NCBI GenBank assembly: GCA_905331295.1
Contig: CAJNYD010000171.1
Span: forward strand, 62,001 to 92,616
DNA from: Rotaria socialis
Taxonomy: Eukaryota
Reading direction: 5' to 3'
Length of the DNA: 30,616 bases
A program made the translations under genes and the position numbers. The notes below the pieces were generated by a model. The model was not told where the DNA came from. It made no database searches and was given only the letters and a program-made list of their open reading frames with translations. Shown here piece by piece: positions 11,818 through 23,711 of this stretch; position 1 is the stretch's first letter, and the number at the start of each line of letters is the position of its first letter.

Positions 11818-14754
11818 CTATTATCCTTTTTATTATCAATCCTTTCCTCTATCCTCGTGAAAGCTACTCATTTTCAGAAATGTATTAATTACGTTGAGTA
11901 TGACGGGTCTCGCTGCAACTCTTCTCCCTTTTGTGTATGAATCACGATTCTACATCAGAACTTTGCAAATCAGTAGTCAGAGAAAAGTTCAATTGAAAAA
12001 TGTTTAATGAAATTTGTATTTTCTTAAATATTATGATTCATAGTCGATCACTAGTTTCATCAGCGTTATTCAAATGATAAGATAAATGTGAAAAATTATC
12101 GTGCGGTTGACTGACAACATTACTAATGAATTGACTCAAATTTTACTCCCGTCATTAAAATAAACTGTGTGTGTTTAATTTGAAAGAAACGATATTTTAT
12201 TTTACGACGTCATTAGGAAAGCGAGTAATCACTGCAAGGTCAGTGTTGATGCATTCGTTGAACTGATTAAGACGACTTTCAGAAATACCGATAGCAGCTA
12301 TTTAAGTGCAGTGGGCGGCATCTGCCGCCATCGTTGAATATGATTAATTGTGATGGTCACAAGCATGAAATGAATTTTTAACTTCGATATACACATGATC
12401 TTCCACTCAATCGTACAGTCGCTCCTCTGTTTTTCGAAAGAAAAATCGTTTCATAGCTTTAAGTCATGTCTTATGATACATGTATTCATTTTATGTGAGC
12501 AATATATTTCAATCAGATGATGTACAGGTAAAAAACATCATATTCTGCATGATGATGTATCTCAAAAATGAATAGCATGTTTGTTTATTTGTTTTTTTGT
12601 TTTTCGTATTCAATGCGACTGGTATATACACTTTGATTAGTAACACCACAGTGAAATATAATTAAGTTAGGCTAAAAAACACTATTCATTTTTCATTCAG
12701 CCGAAAAATGCCCAAGTGTATGTCCAATCATGCATAACATTCTTTTTTTATTTACATGCCGAAAAATGAAGTAACTAGGTAAAAGGTATCGATTTGAGTG
12801 GCGAATCGTCGTTGTTGACGGTAAATTGAGAAATGATATATGCAATGACTGTTTTATTTAGAGCACAGCTTCAAGGATATTCTCACAAGCAAAAACCTCT
12901 GCTGCTGGTGTATTGAATGGCAAGGTAATTAGATCTAACACACGAATGTCAACTTCAATTTAGTGAGAGGTACAAAATTTAGAATTTCATCTTTCAATGT
13001 GCCTTGAAAAATACAATGAAAAGAGATAATTGATTGTATTCGAAAATCGCTGACGTTGAGAGAGTCACAAATGAGGCCTGATTGCTTAACAATACAGCTT
13101 TGAATAACTCAAATGCATATATACGTATGTCGTATCGAAGTTATATCGATCGGCGACGTTACTTGTGTAATGTAAATATTGATCAATCAAATAAATGACG
13201 GTAATATTATCATAATGCGCGATCAAAAATAATGTTTTCGTTATCATATTTTTTTATTTGAAAAATAATTTACTGTTTGTTGAATTGGACGAACTGAAGT
13301 TAACATTCTTGGACTAATTTGCTTATATCTTAAGTAGCAAGTTAAGAACATCTTACATGAACACATTAGAACTGAAGATTGAATCATGTAAATTGATGTT
13401 GTCAAAAAAATGAGATTACAATTAGTAATTCACTTCATCAGTCGTTTAACAAACATATGCTAAATGTAAAGAAAAAATGGCTCATATTGTCTCAAATCTG
13501 AGGTATATAAAAATTGTCATTTTTCATCAATTGCTTTCTCAAAATGATGGCCTTTCTTACACCATCAGCGTATATTTGATTATGGAATATTTACATTAAA
13601 CAAGTAACTTCGAAGGTTTTGTCTCACGAAGTTCAGACGTTATCATAGAAAGACATTTGCTTTGTAGCTAATATCGAAAAATATCATCTAATTTAAAAGC
13701 ACACCAGCTGTTATAAAAGCCAATGTCATATTGCAATATGAGAGTATCGAAGAGCTTTTTTGTCTTTTGTCTGGATTTTTTATGATTTTCAACTTGAGAT
13801 TTTAGTTAACGAGCAATGACATGATGACTAAGGCCACTATTCATGAAAGATTATGGCATTGTCGAGTTTATAGTTCAGATCGTCTTAAGTGCCACTGTTA
13901 GACTTCGAAAACAACGACTAGTCGATGGACTAAATACATAAATTCGAAACTCATTGTCTATATTAGTAGTGTGAGAATATACAGCTTCGTCACAGAAAAA
14001 ACGTATGCATAGCTATGGGAGTAGATCGAGTAGAAACTACTTCCTATCAACAAATCTGTCAAAAGAATTTGCTGAAAAGTTCTTCTGAACAATCAGATGA
14101 GTGATGTTGAATCGAAAATTTAGAACTAAGGATGTACAGAAGAACACCGTTCAATTCTGATCAAAAACAGTCGTTGCTGTTTTCCCTTAATTAAACACAT
14201 TCCAAAATTAGTCAAAACCACACTTCCTCCTTCGCGCGGTCTACTCCGATTCATTCGTTTTCTTTTATAGATGAGTAACAAAATTAATTAATAGGGTAAT
14301 TTTAAATATTTTTTTCTCGCCAATTGATGACCAGCCTATAAATCATAGCATGCACGTCAAAAATCAAGGAGTCACTGTATTCATAATGTACTTCCTTTTA
14401 CAGCGTGAAGAAAAGACTGCTTGAATAAAAAATTGTATTTTAATTGCAACTGGATGATTCACTAGACGAAATTCAGTAGCAAGAATGTTACTGTTACATA
14501 ATAAGTCATGAGGATGATTCCTCATCTCTTTTAAGTGCTGCCCGATATCGTCTTGCGTTATAACGGTTTCGCTCATTCCTTCTTTCTTTCTTTCGTTTCT
14601 CTTATATAGTTTGTCAACACCTTGACTCATCTTGATTTCTTTATTCTTGTTGTTCTCTCTTTTTTCTCTTATTCAACAAAAGAAGCTTTAGATTGTTTGT
14701 AAAATAAAGTTAATTTTTAAGGGTTCATATTTGATAGATATTATAGCGATCAAG

Positions 14755-15903
14755 ATGAAACGAGCTTTGGTAATTGGCAATGATGATTATCCTTTCGAAC
14801 ATCAAAAGCTAGAATCATGCGTCGACGATGCGAATGACATGCACGATGCCTTGCGCATAATCGGATTTGACGTGCTACGCAAAACAAATATTCCATTCAA
14901 AGATACGCAAATAGCCACTAAAACATTTCTACAATCGATTCAACCGGGTGATACTGCTCTTTTCTACTTTTCTGGCCATGGTTGTCAATTAGATGGTATA
15001 AACTATTTGATTCCAACTAACGACACAGAAATTGATGAAGAATCTGTTAAACATCGTACTTTAAATGCTCAGAAACTGACTACGGATGTGCATGTTCGAA
15101 ATCCAGGATTGTTCATCATGGTTCTCGATTGTTGCCGAGATAATCCGTTTGCTGATCAGGCAAGTCTAAAGAACTTCTTCGGCTTCAGGTCAAAACGATT
15201 CAAGGATGGACTTGCACCGATGAAAGGACCACCGTCGACAATCATTGCTTATGCGTGTGCACCCGACCAATTATCACTAGCTGGCGGCGGGAACCAGCGT
15301 AATAGCGCGTATACTTGCACTCTGCTTCATTATATCGTATTGCCGATGGATATCAAGACAGTCTTTCAAAAAACAGCTATTGATGTTCACAAAACTACTG
15401 GACGTTACCAACAACCGTACTTGTCTATCAACTACAATAAGCCAATGTACCTTGTGAACAATTACATGGGTAATAATCCAGCGTTGCAGAATTTCTTGCG
15501 TAGACGGCGTCCTTGTGGCAAGTGTTTATTTTCATGTCTTATATTAATAATCATTCATCGTGTTTGACTAGGACCGTACGTTGCGCCTCCGAAAAGACGA
15601 GATGCTACTAGGAATCATCAATCTCGGGTCGATATGTCACAGCATCGATGGAACGCTCAATTCGGCATGGCAAATAATTATCGATCTCGGACCAATAACT
15701 CACGGTATAGATGGAACAGCCAATTAGGGATACTGACGAATTATCCCGCACCTAGCAAGCTGATGTTACCACACCCGAGACGAAGAAGTATGCCTTCTGG
15801 TTTCCCGCTGACTGTTATCCACAGAAGCCATCATGCATTAAGAGATAGTCAATACCGACGGGCAAATTTAACACGTAGTTTTAATGCTTTTAGGATATAT
15901 TAG
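14755..15903 (+). CDS. Caspase-family (peptidase C14, bacterial/paracaspase-type) protease, 364 aa, with Arg-rich C-terminal tail
   Basis: MKRALVIGNDDY...DANDM..AL...GFDV; catalytic His in FYFSGHG and Cys in VLDCCR; GINYLIP, IAYAC.P, NSAYT..LL, QQP. Exon 1 is 14755-15517, a 54-nt GC-AG intron spans 15518-15571, and exon 2 (15572-15903) is in frame with the 15634 ORF. AATAAA at 15939. Confidence 0.9.
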
Positions 15904-15999
15904 TGCTAAATTACTTTGAATTTTTATAATTATTTCAGAATAAAAAATACAGCATTGAATATTTGTCGATCACTCTTACTTGGTGGTGTGGGTGAAGCA

Positions 16000-16102
16000 G
16001 AGAGTAAAAGGACCAAGGGTGAAAGGGCGGATTTTTGGAATTTTTAAAATCCCAAATCTGCCTTTCCTCCTTGGGATCTGAGCTCAGGCTTTCTCCACAC
16101 AT
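16000..16102 (+). repeat. Hairpin repeat, copy 2
   Basis: ccaagggtgaaagggcggattt...aaatctgcctttcctccttgg stem (16013-16074) with the same ggattt..aaaatcccaaat core and gagagta / gctttctc flanks as copy 1. Confidence 0.6.
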
Positions 16103-16263
16103 TTGCTTTTTTTCTGCAAGGCATTTATATTGAAAAAGTATAAATAGCGTTCAAGCAACATCTATTAAAACATAGGATCAACAATTACTACCAACAATGA
16201 TGCTCAGAACTATTGCAATAACACTTGCAAAGAAAATTATAATAGGTTTTTCTTCTTTGATAT

Positions 16264-16854
16264 TCAATTTTTTTCTTCCCTTTCTTGATCCAGTGATAAA
16301 AGCGTGTACGTTTCGAATGACCATTCAGAGAAAAAACTCTTAGGATCATTCGGCAATGCAATTCGCTCACAGAATGCACGCAATGGATCGTCGATATCGT
16401 AGGGCGTTAAACCTTCTAGCTGTGGGACTAGAGCGACTAATGCAAGACATATAAACGAGCCGATAGATAGTATGGTGTCACGATATATGATAAGATTTGT
16501 GCCAAAAACTATAAATACAATGACAAGCATAGCAAAAGCACAGTATACAAAGCGAGCAGTGCGATGCCATATGTATATCATGCTAATGACAATCAATGAA
16601 TAATAAACTAGTAACAATTTAATCCGCAAAAAATAAACATTTATATGCATTTGAAGAGAGCAAGGCAGATCTGTAAAATTATAGCAACCATTGGTTAACA
16701 ATACTTGAAGCTTGATTAAACGAACATGTGTAAAATAGAAAGATGCATATTTGACACGATAAGGTATGATGTATAATCAATGCCAGCCAAAGTCAATGGA
16801 GAATAAAGTAACAAATAGTCAATATTGACAAAAGAAAATTTGAATTGGCTTTTT
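16264..16854 (-). pseudogene. Hydrophobic multi-TM coding-like segment, probably a decayed membrane-protein exon
   Basis: 145-aa ORF without an ATG start and with 3 hydrophobic stretches. The frame extends upstream through two TGA codons (FCQY*LFVTLFSIDFGWH*LYIIPYRVKY) toward an acceptor-like TTTTAG near 16855. Confidence 0.35.
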
Positions 16855-18812
16855 CTAAAAAAGAATATAATAATTATTTTTTCTTATGAAAACTTTAACA
16901 ATTTTGAAAATTACTATTTTACAAAATCCTGCAATATAATTTAACCAGATTATTGTTAAAATTTTTCTATCAATTCTGTGTTCATTAAAAGTGATAAGTA
17001 AAAGTTTCGGAAAATACTCATATTGCGTTCTCGAATATAGCGAATATAAAACTAGAGAACGAGCTGAAGAATTTTTTGTTTGGCTTGCTAATTTTAATCG
17101 TTTTTCTAATACAAATTTAGTTTTTCGATAAGAAATCCAAGAACTGATCCTATCGAAAGAAAATTCTTGACAGAATGATAACTAATAGAGATAAAAATAT
17201 CAATCATACCAGTCCCATTCATGGTTTACATTGATTGGTTGTCACAAGCGGTTGACGGTCATCTGGATAACAGGCGTTTGAGTGTAAAAGAGTACCTCGT
17301 GTTCACCAATGGTCGGCCAACAAACTTATCATTTCTTATACAAGTAGCTTTCGTTGCAGAACGTACTGCTTCACTTTGATATTTTATCAACATATTATGA
17401 ATACGAAAATTATTTAAGCTGGTCACTGGAGCAGACAAAAAAATTTCATTTATTATTTTATTCAAAAACAGCTAAATTACTCGTAATAATTGGTTTCCTT
17501 CAAACACGAATGAAATCTCTCAACATCAATTTAGCTACTGAGGATCTATAAATATTCTATAAGTTATTTCCTTTGAGGATTCAGTATTTGTAATTCTATA
17601 ATACAGAAAACTCTTGTATGCTTTGACTTATTCCATACTTCAATAGAAACAAGACGCAAATAAAAGACTCAGAAAGGAGAAAAAATAATTGTATCTTTTA
17701 CTGCTTCATAATCCGTACTCAGTAAGAAAAGCAATGAGTTGTCTGTTGAACATGCTATAATGAAATACTAAATGTACGTCGAGAAAGAATGTTATTTTAT
17801 CTACAGTCTTTCATTAATAACAAAGTAACAGAAGTAAAAATACAGATAATGATGTTTCGTATGAAAGGAAAAAGTGCACGTTTTACAAAGTTTTATTAAA
17901 AAATCATTGGCATCTTTCAAAAACCTATTTCTGAACAAATTATTAACTAGCTCACATTTTTATGGCGTAGTTATTTTGATTATTTATTGGACTAGTGTGT
18001 GGAACTTCTTTTTCTCATGCTACATTTCATTCCGAGAAAATTCTTGCACAAAATGGAGAGTAGAACTTGGAAGAAAACGGAGCATACTATACTATACATA
18101 AGCTTCGTGGGGAAAATCTTTGAACAATTCAACTTTCATCCACTTATAGGTTGCAGCATAGAATCAAAAATAGTCAGCTAGAATGAGAATTTCATTCTTT
18201 TTAAGCATTTATATTCAGATTTTTTCCCTTAAAGTTGATTCATTGAGAACAAGTATTTGATGGAACCCAAAAACAACATTTGTACAGAAGTTTTCATGCA
18301 GTCCATTTTGAGGAACTCGCATATATTTTCGAAGAAAATTGTGAGCGTTAGTTTAAAGCTGAGCTTTTTCATACATGTCAAGCTTGAATTTCAACTTTCA
18401 AGTTTGACACTACTGCAAGACGGGGAAAATTTCAATTTGCACATGAATATCATGCAATTAAGAACCTAAGTGATTGATGTGAAATATACAATGGCGATTG
18501 TTTTCATCCAGCGTGTTTAAAACAGAAGATTCGCCACTAAGATTGTCTAAGAACAATAGAAAACTAGTTCATTACCCTTTTTTTAAATATAAATCTCTGT
18601 ATTGGTAAAAACAGAAATAAAGCATAAATGTTTGTCGTAACGCACAGAAAACTATATTTCACTTGTCGTATACACAAACACGAATATAGACAAACGTTTG
18701 TATCTGACCGATTGATGATTGGCTTTGTTCGCTTTCTTTCACTTTGTCTTCATTTTCCTGTTTACTTGCATGTAATGTTATATCATTAGGGAGTCATACT
18801 ATGCAGCATATC

Positions 18813-19736
18813 TAGTGGCGGCGCCAGGGGTGGACTAAGTCCACCCTAAAATGTGTTGAGCCCACGCAGAAATTTTTTAAGGTTTCTGAAAAAATCGATG
18901 ATCTTTTTATGCAAGTGATGCCCCGGCATACGACTGCTAGCTACGATAAAGATAAAGATTCTTGCTTATTTTCTATTGGATGTTACGAAGTGAATATGTC
19001 ACTGAAGGCAGCGCCTTTTTGGCACAGGACTTTGAACGTTTATGCGAATAGTGTAGAATCAAAAACGTTTTAACCCAGTTTTCACAGCAATATGAGAAAT
19101 TATATATTTTACCTTTCATATACACGCCAAAGATGATTTCTTTTTGGCACGCAAGATAAAAGGTTTGGCCGAAAAACATCCACTGTCAAAAATAATGCGT
19201 GCTTTTCACAAAACCAAGAGAAAAATACCATTTCTTACATACAGCGATCGACTATGACTTCGCTTTCATCTATTATATTAGCAAACGAAAAAGAACTCGA
19301 AAGGAATTTTCTGTTATTCAATAGCATTTCAAGTCAAGGAGAACGCATTTCATATGGGAAGCCTAAACGAAGCGAAAGTGTTTTAATGGAAAAATCTATT
19401 GGAAAACCTATTGTGCGAAGCGAAAATTTTACTAGAATGCAAGAATATTATTTTCTAAGAAACTTTCATCGAGTAGCATCTTATTTAGTTTCTTGTACGC
19501 AGAATTGTTCAATAAAAAAAGGAAAGTTTGTTTTTTTGGTGAAAAAGCGGAAGAGGTGGCAACCCCGATCGAAAACTACTCCAACCCTTCTATACATTCA
19601 CGCGAACTATTTAGCATTGAATAAGAAACAGTTTTGACTAATCCAAAAATTCGACAAATTTTCCAATCATTTTTTCGCTTTTCAAAACTAAAGTAGTTCG
19701 AGCCCACCCTAGTCTGAATTCCTGGCGCCGCCTCTA
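18813..19736. mobile_element. Non-autonomous hAT element, 924 bp
   Basis: 16-bp TIRs TAGTGGCGGCGCCAGG / TAGAGGCGGCGCCAGG (1 mismatch). Perfect 8-bp TSD agcatatc at 18805-18812 and 19737-19744. Confidence 0.9.
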
Positions 19737-20065
19737 AGCATATCATGTTGAAGGTCAATAATATACGCCAAATAGAGTTGTTATACTCTTGATTTATGAT
19801 TCCATAAGAAAAAAATCGATATAAAGATATAAAAAAAAACAAATACAGAACATAATTTTGAATTGATAACAAACGAAATTAAGAAAGAACAATATGATTT
19901 ACAAACTGAATGTTTGGTCGGTATAAAAAGAACAAAAGAAAAGTCGCCGTTTACGAGCATTAGTCGCCAAAAGTTTCACTAAATGACTTTGATTCATGAA
20001 TAGGCAGATAATCAGCACCATGAAACATTAAGTAATGACAAATTTTCTTCTGTTTACTATGCACA

Positions 20066-22606
20066 TTAGAATAATGAACAACGAGACCAAAATGGTGAGC
20101 CAGAGCTTTTATGAGAATCTTGTTTTTTGGGTATTACTACTGTTTTACGTGATGGATCAGCTCCCTTTAAAATATAAAAGAAAAGTAAAGTAAGCAAAAT
20201 GAAATTATTCACAGGTACCAGAGATAGGCAGCTCCTTTTCCGCTTTATTCGAATTAAAATTTGATGAAAAAAATTCGATTCTATTCCTGGTTTATGAAAA
20301 ATCTGCAGCTGATTTTCATCGATCTACATGAATTATAATCAATTCAGCTCACCGAAATGTTCTCCCTAGCATTTTCACATAAGTTTTCTTCTGTGAATGA
20401 AGACGAGAGAATTAATGAAAGAAAAGCTCGTTATCTGATACTCGACGCAACGATAATTAGCTTTTTATTAATTGCTGATTTTCGATATTCCCTATTGATA
20501 TATATATATATGTATGCTGATGTAAAACATGAAATTCACTGAGCATAGTCTAACTTCAAGAAAAAAAAGCTTTTTCGTTAGAGCAGAGCTGGAGCGAGAA
20601 ATAGTCGGAGCTGCCCATCTCTGAAAGATACGTACGGCTTTTTTATCAATCTTAGCTTTGATGTCTTTGGCAATAGCAAAAAATGCTTCATCGATATTCT
20701 ATAATAGTTAATAGATATTAAATATATCAGCATAGAAGATATTATAGATAATTACTTACAAGATTTCCTTTCGCACTGGTTTCCATAAATTTAATACCAT
20801 ATTCATTCGCAAGCTAAACAAAAGAAAATAATTGATCAATATAATTTTCTATGGACATTTTTTTCTTGATCACGGATTTGAGATATAACAAGTTTTCATA
20901 ATTAACCTTGCCATTCAACGTAACAGAATTTCACATATTGAGTTAAATCCAATCAAAATCACAATGAACGAAAGGAATATATGATTATGTTTCTTTATTT
21001 TTAATGATTTCATCCTTGTTTATCTTCAAAAGTCAAATGTCAATATTAAATCTTTTTCTTATTGATCTAGATTCTCTACTGTTTTCTGCGCAATTTTTAA
21101 GTTTCTAACGTAATACAAACATAACCTAAGGGATTAATCGAGATATTCAAGGCCGTCAGATTCAAAAAGCCTCAAAAGCGTCTGGTCATAGTTAGCTGCT
21201 GGTAAATAGAAGTAATAAAGAGAATTTTTCTTAGCATAGTCTCTAAAATCAATCTTCGAACGAACAAATGAAAATTTAGAAACTGTTAAAACTAACTTCT
21301 AAAATACGTTCTTAATGAAAATGATCTACGGTCGTTCTCACTAAGAATTTTTCGATTTCTTTTTTTGAACCTGCAGCCGAAATGAATGTTCTTTTATTTG
21401 AAAACTTCATCCGTCAGAAAAGGATATTTTTTTCTTCGGCTGAAACAATCTCAGCAACATGATTTGAATCCTTCTCCGAAGAAAATATTTATCAGATAAA
21501 GTTCTTTCGTCAACAGTGCGTTCTGGACTTCAACAGATAACAAAAAACACCTTCATCAATTTATAGATGTTTTTATTCAAAATACTAAAAATTAATTAAC
21601 GTGACCACCTTCATACACTCAACCCAACTCTTTCGAGATGTGCACTAAAGAATCAGCACCTAGGAGATATTGACTTATTTCGTATTACTTTCTACGACTC
21701 TCAAACGGTATCATTTCAAAATTGCCACCATTCATCAATACCCTAATGAAAAAGAATCCTATAAATTTACATACATTTTCACCCTTTTCTCGTAAAACTT
21801 GTCGTTTATCGTGCATGTCGCATTTATTTCCTATGAGCATTCGTTCAACTTCAACCGAAGCATGCTAAATAATTTTATAGAAGAAAATAAATGAATTTTT
21901 GTTACTATTATTAATCTGCTTATTCATACTTCTTCGATGTTACGTATCCAATTTTTGATATTATCAAAGCTTTTCTCACTTGTGATATCATATACAAGCA
22001 TAATACCCTAAATAAACACAACAATTCATAAATCAAACACTTCCTTATTACTATTTTGTTTTTGTCCATACCATCGCTCCTCGATAATAAGCTGTTGTAA
22101 TAGTTTTAAATCGTTCCTATATGAAGTATATGCATAAATTTCATAAATTACTCAATATATCCCTACTTGTCCTGCAGTATCCCTATAAAAGAAATGAATT
22201 TATTATTATTATTATTATTCTATGCATTTATTAACATACCAAATTTGTAATTTGATTTTTCGTCCGTCTAGTTCGATCGTACGAATTTTGAAATCAATCC
22301 CTATTAAAAATCAACGCATCAATATCATTTATAGAGTTTATTCTCAATCAGTTTACCAATAGTTGAGATAAATGTTGTGCTAAATGCTGAATCACAGAAA
22401 CGCAAAAGCACACACGTCTAAATATATATTCTTTTTATATTGCCAAAGAAAACTCAATCTATGAAATGTCAATCCTACCTTTCCAACGCCACTATCACCT
22501 AAATGGACATAATTATGAAATCACATGTTTCTATTATACCAAAAGAAAATAAAGTTCACATACCAATTAACAGTAATTTGAATAAATGATCATAGGCTTT
22601 AGCCAT
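20066..22606 (-). CDS. RAB8: Rab8-family small GTPase, 209 aa, 11 exons
   Basis: Exons 22606-22564, 22498-22479, 22417-22357, 22300-22240, 22182-22167, 22116-22072, 22007-21930, 21864-21775, 20813-20760, 20698-20636, 20164-20066 (630 nt). [67 protein letters not shown], single-Cys CAAX end CSLF. Confidence 0.95.
20219..20623. mobile_element. hAT-type MITE (405 bp) in the last intron of Rab8
   Basis: 17-bp TIRs CAGAGATAGGCAGCTCC / CAGAGATGGGCAGCTCC. Degenerate 8-bp TSD acaggtac / aaagatac. Removing it restores a 58-nt intron. Confidence 0.85.
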
Positions 22607-23583
22607 TTTTAACGTCTGTAATACGAAGTGATTATAAATCAATGTCTATCCATATGACGTTTCACGTTATCTGGAACGAGATAATTGTATTCTTGTTTAT
22701 AAGAAAATACGAAACCGTTAATAGGGAAGTGAGAAACATAATAGCATTGGAAAAAAAATCCCTCATCGATAATATATTTATTTCTCTGTGAAAATAATCA
22801 ATCTGTCGTAGAGTAAAGAATTATTATTATGCATGATTTACTTATTTTTTAATAAAATATGTTTTATTTGTGAATCACAGTCGTCATATAAGCATCAAAC
22901 ATTTTATGCTTAGTGGTGGCGTTTAAACCAACGGAAAGAAAAAGAAATTCTATATTTATGTTATCAGCTAGCGTACTCTATTCCCTTTCAGCAGATAATT
23001 ATTTGGTTCATTTGGCTATTCTAATATATTCAATGATGGTAGAAAAGCTAATAAGAAATTCAAATATAAGCCATTCTGAAATATGATTTAGATTTGCTGA
23101 AATGTAGCTGTGCTTCAGATAATAGCTTTATCAAAGCCAATCGGGTTCTGTTGGAAAAAGTAATACTCGTCTTGTCGGATGCATTAACGACAAGTATCGA
23201 CTTTTCTTTCCTGAGTATATTATCGCTCGATATGTATACAATCGTTCAGTGGTTCTAAACAGCAAACATATTTATAAACAAGGAAATAAACAGAAGTCGA
23301 TGATAGATTCCATAGCTAATATGTTATGGAAATCAATAGATCGAATTTGAATAGACAGTGATAATGCATTATGAAAGTTTATCGATATTTTTCTATACCA
23401 AAAATCAGTGCTAAAGTAAATGAGGATTTTAAAGTGATTTATATTACTCGTTATTATTAAGGTGTTATGTAGGTAAAAAAAAGTTCGATAGAATATTGTT
23501 AAAAGGACATCTTAATAATTTTTCGTATTCTCATTTCTTTATGTATTAGGGTTAACTTTCGATTTTTCAGTATGGATGCATTA

Positions 23584-23711
23584 CACTGAAAAAAAACAGT
23601 TTTCCAGGCTCTTGGCAAGTATTTTGAAATCGCCTAAGGTCCATACGAACTCTTTAAGAAAGTTTTGATTTCTTTACAGATGAAGTTTCGTGTGTTACTT
23701 TTTTTCCAGTG
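23584..23711. mobile_element. 128-bp CACTG-ended mini-element (CACTA/CMC-like)
   Basis: cactgaaaaaaaa ... ttttttccagtg, flanked by TA on both sides. Confidence 0.5.

Noticed and set aside
12314..12329. GC palindrome ggcggcatctgccgcc as a Helitron end or terminator
   Set aside because: No CTRR end or T-tract at the expected distance and no partner terminus found.
14364..14630. 88-aa ORF divergent from the protease (possible partner or substrate gene)
   Set aside because: No recognisable motif or splice support. It cannot be distinguished from a chance ORF without expression data.
18973..19872. ORFs within the 924-bp hAT element as a transposase
   Set aside because: Short, with no BED finger, DDE or hATC motifs.
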